Below are positions 8,902 to 18,549 of a DNA stretch of 64,000 nt, piece after piece. This DNA comes from an uncultured Gammaproteobacteria bacterium. Lineage in GTDB: Bacteria > Patescibacteriota > Patescibacteriia > Patescibacteriales > UBA12075. The stretch is taken from positions 4,569 through 68,568 of the forward strand of contig CAYWNT010000006.1 in NCBI GenBank assembly GCA_964459725.1. The letters are read 5' to 3'. Made by a program: the position numbers and the translations under genes. Under the pieces are notes generated by a model. That model had not been told where the DNA came from and ran no database searches. It worked only from the letters and a program-made list of their open reading frames with translations. Position 1 is the first letter of the stretch. Each line of letters begins with the position of its first letter.

Positions 8902-10362
8902 ATGTCAAAAGAAAAAGTTGTACTTCGATTTGATGAAGTGAAATTTGAATATCTACATAAAAAACCAGTGCTTAATGAAGCAAATTTTAGTCTGCGAAAA
9001 GGAGACAAGGTTACTTTGATGGGGCAAAATGGGGCTGGGAAAAGCACCCTTTTCAAGCTCATCAAAGGCGAGCTTAAACCAAAGAGTGGAAATGTCTTTA
9101 TTGATGCCGATGCCAAAATTGGAATGGCAGAACAGATGGTGGCCAAAGAGAATCTGAGTCTCTCAGTCCAAAAATACTTTGAAAGAGTCTATGGAGATGG
9201 TGATGTGCCCCATAACGCCCCAGGAGAAATGAAAAAAGTAATGGAGGCAGTTAATTTGAAAGTCGACCTTAATAAAAAGGTAGACGATCTGTCAGGCGGT
9301 CAACAAGCTCGTTTATTGCTTGCTTATGCCTTACTTGAAGAGCCTGATATATTGCTCTTGGATGAGCCCACCAACAATTTGGATAAAGAAGGGATTGATC
9401 ATTTGATTACTTTTTTGATCATGTATGAAAAAACTGTTTTAGTTATTTCTCATGATGCGGATTTCTTGAACTGTTTTACAGAGGGGGTGATTTACTTAGA
9501 TATTTTTACTCACGAGATAGAGCAATATGTGGGTGATTACTATAGTGTGGTCGAAGAAATTGATAAGAGAATTGAGAAGGAGCGGCAAGAGAACGCCAGA
9601 CTTAAGAAGGAGATTCAAGATAGCAAAGAGAAGATGAACTTTTTTTCACATAAGGGTGGAAAAATGAGAAAGCTGGCGAAAAAAATGAGAGATGATATTG
9701 CCGAAGCAGAAGCGGACATGGTGGACGTTAGAAAAGAAGATAAAACAATTAGAAAGTTTGATATTCCTACGCAAGATATTGCTGGCAAACTGATCGAGGT
9801 GAGCAAGGTGACAATCATGAAGGATCATGAGCTTGTAAGTAAGGATTATGATATTATCATTCGAAAGGGGATGCATATGCTAGTAACGGGTCCTAATGGA
9901 ATCGGAAAAAGTACATTTTTAAGAAACTTGATCGAAGGCTCAAATAAGGATGCTAAAATAATGGATGAGGTTAGAATTGGTTATTATAGCCAGGATTTTG
10001 CATCCTTGAATTTTGACCAGACAGTCTATGAGTCTTTAAATGATGCTGTGTCATATGAAATATCCGAACCGGATATGCGTTCACTTGCAGCCGGATTTTT
10101 GCTTTATGGAGATTTAATGCCTAGAAAGATCGGTGAGTTGTCTGAGGGGCAAAAGGGTCTGCTTTCATTTGCGAGATTGGTCTTGATGCAGCCGGGTGTA
10201 ATTGTTCTTGATGAGCCTACTAATCATATCAATTTTAGACATTTACCAATAATCGCTGAAGCGCTTGATAAGTATGAAGGGGCGATGATTTTAGTAAGTC
10301 ATATGCCTGATTTTGTAGAAAAAATTAGGATTGATGAGTATTTAGAGCTAGAGAAAATTTAG
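8902..10362 (+). CDS. ABC-F family ATPase (two tandem ABC domains, no TM domain)
   Basis: Walker A GQNGAGKST and GPNGIGKST, signatures LSGGQQARLLLA and LSEGQKGLLSFA, Walker B LLLDEPTNNLD and VLDEPTNHINF, plus a charged inter-domain linker. Confidence 0.88.
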   Translation: MSKEKVVLRFDEVKFEYLHKKPVLNEANFSLRKGDKVTLMGQNGAGKSTLFKLIKGELKPKSGNVFIDADAKIGMAEQMVAKENLSLSVQKYFERVYGDGDVPHNAPGEMKKVMEAVNLKVDLNKKVDDLSGGQQARLLLAYALLEEPDILLLDEPTNNLDKEGIDHLITFLIMYEKTVLVISHDADFLNCFTEGVIYLDIFTHEIEQYVGDYYSVVEEIDKRIEKERQENARLKKEIQDSKEKMNFFSHKGGKMRKLAKKMRDDIAEAEADMVDVRKEDKTIRKFDIPTQDIAGKLIEVSKVTIMKDHELVSKDYDIIIRKGMHMLVTGPNGIGKSTFLRNLIEGSNKDAKIMDEVRIGYYSQDFASLNFDQTVYESLNDAVSYEISEPDMRSLAAGFLLYGDLMPRKIGELSEGQKGLLSFARLVLMQPGVIVLDEPTNHINFRHLPIIAEALDKYEGAMILVSHMPDFVEKIRIDEYLELEKI

Positions 10363-10406
10363 CAGATTTTAGAATTTTCAAATAGTAACCATAACGATTT
10401 TTATTT

Positions 10407-11462
10407 ATGAACAAGAGGGTTGCAATTATCCTGGGTAATTATAAGCATTATGCGGAAAAATATTTCCCAGATTGTATAAAAAGTATTAGGGATCAGAATT
10501 ACGAGGGGGAAATAAAGATATTTATTTATGACAACGAAACCAGTAGTGGCAGTTTTGAGTTTTTAAGCAAGAATATTCCAGAGGCAGAGTTGGTCTTGAA
10601 TAAAACCAATGACGGCTTTGCGAAGGGCAATAATGACGCCATAAAGCTTGCTTTAGCTGAGGGATTTGATTATGTTATTTTGTTTAATTCAGACACGATA
10701 ATAGAAAAGAGTTGTGTTACAAGAATGGTCGAGGCAGTAGAGGATGGGGAAAGTATTGGCGCAGTTCAAGCCCGCCTCATGTTGCACCCTGAAACAGAAA
10801 AAATAAACAGTGTGGGGAATGCGACTCACTTTTTGGGCTTTGGTTATAGTGAGGGCTATGGAGAGGTCTATGAAGAAACAGAAAAAACTTCCTTAAATAA
10901 TATTGCGTATCCCAGTGGAGCCGCTGTGCTATTTGCCAAGGAGGTTTTAGATGAGGTTGGTTTACTAGATGAAGAGTTTTGGATGTATAATGAGGACCAG
11001 GATTTGGGTTGGAGGATATGGTTAGCCGGGTATAAGTGTGTGGTGGCATCAGGAGCGGTAGTGTATCATAAGTATGAATTTAGTCGTTCAGTTCAGAAAT
11101 ATTATTGGATGGATAGGAATAGAATCATCGCTATTATAAAAAATTATCACATCCTAACTCTGATTTTGATATTGCCTGCATTTTTAATAATGGAACTAGG
11201 TTTGATATTATTCTCTCTTAAGTCAGGCTGGTTCAAGGAAAAGGTCAGGGCTTGGAAGTATTTTTTTACTCCCAAAACACTGAAATACTTATTTAAGGCT
11301 CGTAGAAAAACACAAAAATTACGCAAAGTTAAAGATCGAGATATAGCCACAATGATTACTGGGAAAATTTGGTACCAAGAAATTGACGACTGGAAATTGA
11401 GATTTATTAATCCGGTATTTAATTTTTATTGGAATATTGTCAAGAAAATTATAGTTTGGTAA
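10407..11462 (+). CDS. Glycosyltransferase family 2 with a C-terminal membrane segment
   Basis: GT-A fold motifs (IILGNYK..., FAKGNNDAIK, FNSDT, NEDQDLGWR). Confidence 0.8.
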   Translation: MNKRVAIILGNYKHYAEKYFPDCIKSIRDQNYEGEIKIFIYDNETSSGSFEFLSKNIPEAELVLNKTNDGFAKGNNDAIKLALAEGFDYVILFNSDTIIEKSCVTRMVEAVEDGESIGAVQARLMLHPETEKINSVGNATHFLGFGYSEGYGEVYEETEKTSLNNIAYPSGAAVLFAKEVLDEVGLLDEEFWMYNEDQDLGWRIWLAGYKCVVASGAVVYHKYEFSRSVQKYYWMDRNRIIAIIKNYHILTLILILPAFLIMELGLILFSLKSGWFKEKVRAWKYFFTPKTLKYLFKARRKTQKLRKVKDRDIATMITGKIWYQEIDDWKLRFINPVFNFYWNIVKKIIVW

Positions 11463-11498
11463 ATGATACTTACGTGAAGTGTGATTTTATTTTAAAAT

Positions 11499-12317
11499 AT
11501 GGATTTAAGCATTATAATTCTAAATTTCAAACAAAAAGGTTTTGTTTTAAACTGCGTGAAGTCTATAAAGGAGGCTGGTTTTGAAGTGCATGGTAAAAAA
11601 TTGTCTTATGAAATTATAGTTATAGACAATAATTCTGAAGACGGATTGGGCTCAATACTGGCTTGGCAAAATCCAGAAGTGAAATTTATTCAAAATGATA
11701 AAAATCTGGGGATGGGGGCCGGAAATAATATCGGCATCAGAAAGGCGCAGGGTAAATACGTGGTCATTATGAATCCGGACACTATTGCTTTTCAAGATAC
11801 ATTTGTTGGCCTTTATGAATACATGGAATCCAGAAAGGATGTTGGTATAGTAGGGCCAAAACAACTCAATCCTGATAAGACAGTGCAAAATTCCTGCTAT
11901 CGTTGGCATGGTTTATTTACGCCACTCTACAGGAGGACACCTCTTGGAAAATTTAATTTTGCAAAAAAAGATTTAGATAGATTTCTAATGAAGGATTTTG
12001 ATCATGATAGGGAGAGGGAGGTGGATTGGCTTTTGGGCTCATTTTTCTTTTGCAGAGCGAGCGTTTTAGAAGAGGTAGGATTTTTTGATGAGAGATTTTT
12101 TATGTATTTTGAAGACACTGATCTTTGTCGACGGTTTAGTCATGGAGGCCACAAGGTTGTCTATAATCCAAAGGTGAAAATTATTCATAATCATACTCGT
12201 CAAAGTGCGCAGATAAAATGGTATAAATTTTTTACAAACAAGGCCGCTCGAAATCATATAATTTCCTGGATCAAATATCTAAGAAAATGGGGAATTATGA
12301 ACTTATTCAATAAATAA
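11499..12317 (+). CDS. Glycosyltransferase family 2
   Basis: LSIIILNFK, VIDNNSEDG, GMGAGNNIGIRKA, MNPDT, FEDTDLCRR. Confidence 0.82.
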   Translation: MDLSIIILNFKQKGFVLNCVKSIKEAGFEVHGKKLSYEIIVIDNNSEDGLGSILAWQNPEVKFIQNDKNLGMGAGNNIGIRKAQGKYVVIMNPDTIAFQDTFVGLYEYMESRKDVGIVGPKQLNPDKTVQNSCYRWHGLFTPLYRRTPLGKFNFAKKDLDRFLMKDFDHDREREVDWLLGSFFFCRASVLEEVGFFDERFFMYFEDTDLCRRFSHGGHKVVYNPKVKIIHNHTRQSAQIKWYKFFTNKAARNHIISWIKYLRKWGIMNLFNK

Positions 12318-13640
12318 TTTGTAAACTCCTTTTTCATTCTCAATTTCTGAGTAGAAATATATTGCGCTACCTTCTAATCCCAGGTTGGCGTTTTTTATTT
12401 CATTCAAGTTGATTATTTTTGTAATATTATATTTCTCTCTGACATCAAGTTCAACTATGCTCAGATCTTTGTCAGTTGAGAAAAGGATGTGGCCATTTGT
12501 TGGCAGCCAAAATATGCTTGTTATTTTCCTGCTTATTCTGGTTATGAGTTTCTTTTCTAGGCTGTTTTTATTAAATATCCATATTTCAAAATCATTAGCA
12601 TAGATGAGCTCATCATCGTTTATCCAGGACACCAGAGAAACATTACTAATTGTCTCTTTGAGCGGTCTTATTATTGAATCAGGGTTTATTAAGAAAAGAA
12701 TATTGAAAGACTCATCAAAAAGTGTAATTTGAGATTTTGTTGAATACTTTAATGAATAATCAGAGCGTGGAATATTTACGGTTTTTACAATTGTCTGAGA
12801 TTCTATATCATAAATATTAAAAACAGAAGAGTTGTTAGTCTGAGTTATAAGGTAAAGTGTGTTTCCTAGGGGCAAGTATTCATTTATATCTTTATTTGAA
12901 AATATCATTTTGGCCTCCCGGGAAGACAAGTCGTACATTCCGATTTGTTTATTATTTTGGTAATAAATTTTATCACTATTCTCTGTATCCCATTGAAGGT
13001 TTCTAACATTTTTACCTATAATCTCATCAACCTTTGATATTTTTTCTAGATTATCAGTGTCGATAATATAGTTGTCAATTATAATTTTTTTACTATCTTT
13101 TGACCATATTGGCTCCGAGACAGATGTGGCTATTTTTAAATCCAGAGTAATACCTTCTGGTAGGGTAATAAGTGAAATCTTTTCATTGTTCCAGGCAACC
13201 ATCTTATTTTTGTTCGGAGAGAGCGATAGGCTGGATACATCTTTTTGAAGTAGGATTGGGTGCTCTTTTTTGAATAATTTTATGTTTTCAGCAAACGTTG
13301 ATTGGCCTGCGTAAACATTCAATTTTTTTTCCCATGCCCAATAGTCATCTAGTTCAATTTTTACATGGTACTCACCAGGAAGAAGCCCTTTTATTTTTTG
13401 AGGAGTCAGCTTGAAATTTTCTTTCTTCAGAAATTGATTAATAAAGCTTTGTTGAATTTCATTATCAATATAGACGCGGGCATTTTTAGGCTCAGAATCA
13501 AGAATTAGAATACCTGTTTTTTGGAAGGAGATTCCGTCTTTGAATTTATATCCCAGGGCATAGAAGCTAATTGCCGGAGTGGCAATTAGAAATGTTAGTA
13601 AAAAAAATGAAAATAAAATTTTTCTTCGAAGAGAAACCAT
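12303..13640 (-). CDS. PEGA-domain membrane-anchored protein with a beta-propeller-like C-terminal region
   Basis: N-terminal TM span, then a PEGA-like module (ILILDSEPKNARVYIDNEIQ...LLPGEYHVKIELDDY), then a long beta-rich region. Convergent with the GT2 gene, overlapping it by 15 nt. Confidence 0.65.
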   Translation of the reverse strand: MVSLRRKILFSFFLLTFLIATPAISFYALGYKFKDGISFQKTGILILDSEPKNARVYIDNEIQQSFINQFLKKENFKLTPQKIKGLLPGEYHVKIELDDYWAWEKKLNVYAGQSTFAENIKLFKKEHPILLQKDVSSLSLSPNKNKMVAWNNEKISLITLPEGITLDLKIATSVSEPIWSKDSKKIIIDNYIIDTDNLEKISKVDEIIGKNVRNLQWDTENSDKIYYQNNKQIGMYDLSSREAKMIFSNKDINEYLPLGNTLYLITQTNNSSVFNIYDIESQTIVKTVNIPRSDYSLKYSTKSQITLFDESFNILFLINPDSIIRPLKETISNVSLVSWINDDELIYANDFEIWIFNKNSLEKKLITRISRKITSIFWLPTNGHILFSTDKDLSIVELDVREKYNITKIINLNEIKNANLGLEGSAIYFYSEIENEKGVYKLFIE

Positions 13641-13740
13641 GTCTGTTTAAAATAATTAATTAAAACTTATATGTAATATATATAGTATAACCAATATCGA
13701 TATATTTTCAAGTTTAATTCCTCGTTAATTTGATGGTAAT

Positions 13741-13768
13741 TTGATAATAATGTAAAAAATGGTATAAT
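13741..13768 (+). promoter_or_regulatory. Sigma-70-type promoter with extended -10, probably producing a leaderless mRNA
   Basis: TTGATA (13741-13746), 16-nt spacer, TGgTATAAT (13760-13768). The ATG at 13775 lies 6 nt after the -10 element. Confidence 0.5.
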
Positions 13769-13774
13769 ATACAC

Positions 13775-14173
13775 ATGAAAGAAAAAATATTAATAGTAGA
13801 AGATGATATAAATATAAGTAATGGTTTAGCAGCGAAATTCGCTGTTTCCAATATTAGCTCTGAGGTCTATAATGGCGCTGGGTCTATTTTGAATATTATA
13901 AACAAAATAAAAGTGGATCTTCCTAATTATATAGTGTTAGACTTGATTCTGCCCGACATGAGTGGTTTTGAATTGCTTAATAGAATAAAGGCCGATGAAG
14001 ATATATTTAGTATTCCTGTTTTTGTCTTTTCTGATATGAGCGATGACGATGTAAGGGCTCGTTGTCACAATCTTGGTGCTGATTATTATTTCCTAAAGGA
14101 GGAATTAAACGTGGATGAATTTGTTACAAAGGTGGTTAAAATTTTAAACAACAGAAATAAGATTTTAAAATAA
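13775..14173 (+). CDS. Stand-alone response-regulator receiver domain (CheY-like)
   Basis: ILIVEDD...VLDLILPDMSGFELL...PVFVFSD...GADYYFLK. No output domain. Confidence 0.85.
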   Translation: MKEKILIVEDDINISNGLAAKFAVSNISSEVYNGAGSILNIINKIKVDLPNYIVLDLILPDMSGFELLNRIKADEDIFSIPVFVFSDMSDDDVRARCHNLGADYYFLKEELNVDEFVTKVVKILNNRNKILK

Positions 14174-14174
14174 T

Positions 14175-16067
14175 ATGAAAAAGATAATAATAATTTTTTC
14201 GATTGTGGCAGTAGCTTCTGTTTCTATTATTTTTTTATCGTTATTTAAAAGTGAAAAGCAGGAATATCTAACCGAAAAAGTTGTTAGAGGAAATATTTTG
14301 CAAACAGTGAGTGAAACAGGGACTGTGAAAACAGAGGAGAAAATAGAGTTAGGTTTTTTGAATACTGGTATAATTAGTAAAATCAATGTAGGGACAGGAG
14401 ATTTGGTAAACGAAGGTGATGTTTTAGCAGAGCTTGATTATGAGAGTCTTTTGATTAATAAAAAAGAGGCTCAGGCAAATGTTGACTCAGTAAAGCATAA
14501 TTTGAATAAATTGATAGCGGGAGCGACAAAGGAGGATATTGCCATTTCGAAAGCCCTGGTATCGCAAGCAAAGACTGCCTATGATGCCGCTAAAAATGAT
14601 CTTAAAAATACAAAAAAAACACAAGAAGAAAGAAGCGTGCAGACCGAAAAGACTTTAAGCGACCTAGTATCCAACGATGCTTCAAATGTGACAGCCTATG
14701 AGCAGGCTATTGTTACCGCTGAGACTAATCTCGAAAATATTAAGTCTACCAATAAGTCAAGCGCTGATAATGCCATTGATGATGCTATCATCACCCAAGA
14801 TGACAAACTGGTTGTTTTGAATAATGCCTTGGATGTTTTTGACAGGACTGTAAACGATGATGATGCTGAAGATTTGATAAGTGTGAAAAATAAAGCGTAT
14901 TTAACGAATGCAAAAATATGGTACAACAAATCATTGGAGTTGCTCGTTCAAGCAAATGAGAGTTTAGTGTCGGCAAAAACAGAACATAGCAAAAATACTG
15001 TAATTAACGCGCTAACCGATGCTCACTCTGCGGCTAACTCTACTTATACCGCACTCAATGATTTATTTGGAGCTTTAGAGAACAGCGTAACATCAGCAAA
15101 CTTCACTACAGCTGAACTCGATATTTTAAAAGCAAATATATATTCTCAGCAAACCTTGGTAAGTGCTTCAATTTCAGCTTTGAAGATGGCAGAGCAAAAT
15201 CTTAATAATCAATTCTTGAGTTACGATGTTAATATTGCCGCAGCTGAAGAGGGTTTGTCACAGGCAAAAGCCTCATATAATGATGCAGTAATAGCAGCAA
15301 GAAATGCCATATCAACAGCGCAGGTTACGGGTGAACAACAGATCGCATTATCGCAAGCGCAATTGGATTCTGCCCTTGAGGCCTGGTTGGTGGCGCAAGC
15401 TCAATTTGCCAAAACTATTGCCCCACCAAGTTCTCATGATTTAAACTTAGCTGAATCTGAAGTCCGAAGAGCTGAAGCACAGCTAAACTCTATAGATAAT
15501 CGGATCAAAAATAGTATTATCAAGGCACCTATTTCTGGCATGGTTACAGATATTCTTTTTGAGATTGGAGAGCAAATAAATTCAGGGGCGAAAATGATTA
15601 TTCTTTTAGGAAAAAACAATTTTGAGGTAGAGGTATTGATTTCTGAGTCTGACATTGCTAAACTTAAAAAAGGGGATATGGTAGAGCTAACACTTGATGC
15701 ATTTGGAGATGATGTGAAGTTTGAGGCCATAGTCGACTTTGTGGAACCGGCCGAGACTATTGTCCAAGATGTAATTTACTATAAATCCACAATAAAATTT
15801 GTAGAAGACGAAAAATTAGAAGGAGTAAAATCAGGAATGACTGCAAATATTATTATTACAACCGCCAAAAGGGAAAACGCTTTGCTTATCCCAAGTAGAG
15901 CGATTATCGATAGAGATAAACTAGGGAAGTTTGTTCGGGTGTTAAAGGATAATGAACTGGTAGAGAAAAAAGTTTCCCTGGGTCTGCGTGGAGACAACGG
16001 AAGAGTGGAAGTTGTTTCTGGGGTGAGCGAGGGCGAAGAAGTAATTATAAAAATCATAGAAAAATAA
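14175..16067 (+). CDS. HlyD/MacA-family membrane-fusion (periplasmic adaptor) protein with a very long helical hairpin
   Basis: TM anchor, lipoyl-like halves (GDLVNEGDVLAELD and ISGMVTDI), a C-terminal beta-barrel/MP domain, and about 330 aa of Ala/Asn/Gln/Ser-rich predicted coiled coil in between. Confidence 0.8.
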   Translation: MKKIIIIFSIVAVASVSIIFLSLFKSEKQEYLTEKVVRGNILQTVSETGTVKTEEKIELGFLNTGIISKINVGTGDLVNEGDVLAELDYESLLINKKEAQANVDSVKHNLNKLIAGATKEDIAISKALVSQAKTAYDAAKNDLKNTKKTQEERSVQTEKTLSDLVSNDASNVTAYEQAIVTAETNLENIKSTNKSSADNAIDDAIITQDDKLVVLNNALDVFDRTVNDDDAEDLISVKNKAYLTNAKIWYNKSLELLVQANESLVSAKTEHSKNTVINALTDAHSAANSTYTALNDLFGALENSVTSANFTTAELDILKANIYSQQTLVSASISALKMAEQNLNNQFLSYDVNIAAAEEGLSQAKASYNDAVIAARNAISTAQVTGEQQIALSQAQLDSALEAWLVAQAQFAKTIAPPSSHDLNLAESEVRRAEAQLNSIDNRIKNSIIKAPISGMVTDILFEIGEQINSGAKMIILLGKNNFEVEVLISESDIAKLKKGDMVELTLDAFGDDVKFEAIVDFVEPAETIVQDVIYYKSTIKFVEDEKLEGVKSGMTANIIITTAKRENALLIPSRAIIDRDKLGKFVRVLKDNELVEKKVSLGLRGDNGRVEVVSGVSEGEEVIIKIIEK

Positions 16068-16154
16068 AATAATTTTTAACTCATGCTCTTCATTTTTATT
16101 TAAAAAATAAAAATTTTTTAAATTTTCTTGAAAGATGAGTTATTTGAAAACAAT

Positions 16155-16301
16155 ATGTTTAAATTTGAAACAGAAATAAAGCAAGAGAATTTACGCATAA
16201 AGGGGAAAAACTCTATTACTAATTGTATAGAGAGAATGTGTTCTAATGGTGAGTGTTCTGAAGTCGCCATAGATTTAGCAAAAAAAACTGATCAATTATA
16301 A
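16155..16301 (+). CDS. Small Cys-containing ORF (48 aa), hypothetical
   Basis: MFKFETEIKQENLRIKGKNSITNCIERMCSNGECSEVAIDLAKKTDQL. Its stop lies 2 nt before the next start (16304). No SD. Below the track cutoff. Confidence 0.3.
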   Translation: MFKFETEIKQENLRIKGKNSITNCIERMCSNGECSEVAIDLAKKTDQL

Positions 16302-16303
16302 AT

Positions 16304-16519
16304 ATGATGACAGAATTAAAACAAAAATTTAAAGATTATATTAAAGAATCCAAACTCAGCATGGATCAAAAGATGTTGTGGGGAGTTTTTATATCCAAGG
16401 CGACTCCTGAAGAGGATGAGGCTGTGTTTGAGGCAATCAGTGAAAGTGAGGAGAATTTGTTTTTATTAACAAATCACTTGAGAGACAAGATATTGGAAAT
16501 GGAAAAAAAGAGTTTTTAA
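16304..16519 (+). CDS. Hypothetical acidic helical protein (71 aa)
   Basis: Track ORF. Sits between the adaptor and ATPase genes of the transporter operon. Confidence 0.5.
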   Translation: MMTELKQKFKDYIKESKLSMDQKMLWGVFISKATPEEDEAVFEAISESEENLFLLTNHLRDKILEMEKKSF

Positions 16520-16547
16520 ATTAAAAATATTAATACAATACTTCAAA

Positions 16548-17267
16548 ATGAGTAGCTTGATAGAAGTAAGGGATTTAAAAAAGGAATTTGTTTCAGATGA
16601 GGTCGTGACAAAGATATTGCACGGCCTTTCTTTTCGTATAGATGATGGAGAGTTTGTTTCAATAATGGGCCCATCTGGATCTGGGAAATCTACCCTTATG
16701 CACATCTTAGGACTTCTTGATAATGTCACCTCACGTTAATATCTTTTAAACGGTGTCGATACTACCATCTTACACGACAAAGAACAAGCAACTCTTAGAA
16801 ATGAGAAGATTGGTTTTGTTTTTCAGTCTTTTAATCTCTTGCCCAGAACAACTGTGCTCGATAATGTAAAGTTGCCCTTGACTTATTCTAGTGATAAGTC
16901 GGATATAGACAAGAGAGCGGCTAATGTCTTGGAAAGTGTTGGGCTGGGGCATAGACTAAATTATTTTACAAATCAGATATCAGGAGGAGAGAAGCAAAGA
17001 GTGGCTATCGCACGAGCCTTGGCAAATAAGCCGTCGGTTATTTTTGCAGATGAGCCAACAGGAAATCTGGATTCCAAGTCCGGGATGCAGATAATGAAAA
17101 TTTTTCAAGATTTAAACAGACAGGGGAATACTATAATTTTAGTTACCCACGAAATGTCTACAGCTGAGCATGCAGACAGGATAATAAAAATTATTGATGG
17201 TAAGATTGTGAGCGATAAGAAGGTGGAAAATAAGAGGGTGGCTAAAGACGGAGAGAAATTGAAATAA
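16548..17267 (+). pseudogene. MacB/LolD-type ABC transporter ATP-binding protein interrupted by one in-frame TAA (16737-16739)
   Basis: Track ORFs 16548..16739 and 16839..17267 are in the same frame. Reading through gives ...[59 protein letters not shown].... Walker A, Q-loop, [26 protein letters not shown] and VTHE are all intact. Confidence 0.8.
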
Positions 17268-17280
17268 AATACAAGAATTT

Positions 17281-18531
17281 ATGTATTTTGAGATAAAAAA
17301 TTCAATCAGACAATCATTTGCTGCACTTCTAGCCAATAAGGTTAGAAGTTTTTTAACAATGCTCGGGATTGTAATTGGAGTTGGTGCAGTTATTCTTATA
17401 ATGTCTGTGGGGGCAGGAGCGCAAAGCTTAATCCTGAATCAAATAGAAACTCTGGGTAGCGATCTCATAGGAGTCCTCCCTGGCAAAACTGAAGAAGGCA
17501 TCCCGGCGACAGCCTATGGGATTGTCATCACAACCCTAACTTACGAAGATGCTTTGGCATTACGAAAAAAAACAAATGTTCCAAACATTACTGATGTGGT
17601 CGCTTATTACAGGGGAGCTTATCCTATCAAGTATCGATCAACCTCATATGATACAAGTGTTAATGGCGTTATGGCTAGCTACCGGGATGTTGAGGGCGGA
17701 GAGATCGATGCTGGCAGATTTTTCAATGAAGATGAGGAAAAGAACCTCTCTAAAATAGTTGTGCTGGGAAGCACGGTAAAAAACGAGCTGTTTGGAGATT
17801 CAAATGCGGTAGGAAAAAAAGTTAAAATTAAAAAACAATCATTTGAAGTTATAGGTGTAATGAAATCGAGAGGAACAGTAGCCCTTCAGGATTATGATGA
17901 TCAAGTTTTGATTCCTATAAAAACCATGCAGAAGTTAATAGCCGGAGTTAATCATGTAAGTATGATAAGGGCAAAAATTGACAATAAAAAAAATTCTGAT
18001 ATGGCCATAGAAGATGTTATCGCAACACTTAGGGAAAGACATGATATTACAGACCAGAGTGGTGCTGATGATGATTTTACAGTAAGAAGTGCAGTTCAGG
18101 CCCTGGAAATGATTACGGTGATTACAAATGCGCTAAAATTCTTTTTAGTCGCAATGGCAGCCATATCTCTAATTGTGGGCGGGGTTGGTATTATGAATAT
18201 TATGCTTATCACTGTTACTGAGCGAACTAGAGAGATTGGCCTAAGGAAAGCAGTCGGGGCTAATAGTGGCAATATATTAAATCAGTTTTTGTTGGAAGCG
18301 ATTATTATTACGGCTCTTGGGGGATTGGTTGGCTTGGTTGGTGGTTCAATAATTTCTTATATAGTTGCATTTGGAGCAAAAACCTTGGGTTATAATTGGG
18401 ATTTTGTTTTGTCACTGTGGTCCATAATTCTTGCTATAAGCGTATCTGCTCTTGTGGGTATAGTTTTTGGACTTTACCCCGCTAGAAAAGCAAGTAAGTT
18501 GGCGCCAGTTGAGGCACTTCGGTATGAGTAA
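17281..18531 (+). CDS. MacB-type ABC transporter permease (MacB_PCD plus FtsX domains)
   Basis: N-terminal TM span, large extracytoplasmic domain, C-terminal FtsX 3-TM bundle, VGGVGIMNIMLITVTERTREIGLRKAVGA. Confidence 0.88.
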   Translation: MYFEIKNSIRQSFAALLANKVRSFLTMLGIVIGVGAVILIMSVGAGAQSLILNQIETLGSDLIGVLPGKTEEGIPATAYGIVITTLTYEDALALRKKTNVPNITDVVAYYRGAYPIKYRSTSYDTSVNGVMASYRDVEGGEIDAGRFFNEDEEKNLSKIVVLGSTVKNELFGDSNAVGKKVKIKKQSFEVIGVMKSRGTVALQDYDDQVLIPIKTMQKLIAGVNHVSMIRAKIDNKKNSDMAIEDVIATLRERHDITDQSGADDDFTVRSAVQALEMITVITNALKFFLVAMAAISLIVGGVGIMNIMLITVTERTREIGLRKAVGANSGNILNQFLLEAIIITALGGLVGLVGGSIISYIVAFGAKTLGYNWDFVLSLWSIILAISVSALVGIVFGLYPARKASKLAPVEALRYE

Positions 18532-18549
18532 TTTTTTAGTTAATTAGTT

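Noticed and set aside
16737-16739. Programmed recoding or reassignment of TAA as the explanation for the split ABC ATPase
   Set aside because: TAA is the commonest terminator of convincing genes in this window, and no recoding signal is evident. A point mutation, polymorphism or consensus error is more parsimonious. It is still reported as a finding because the gene is otherwise intact.
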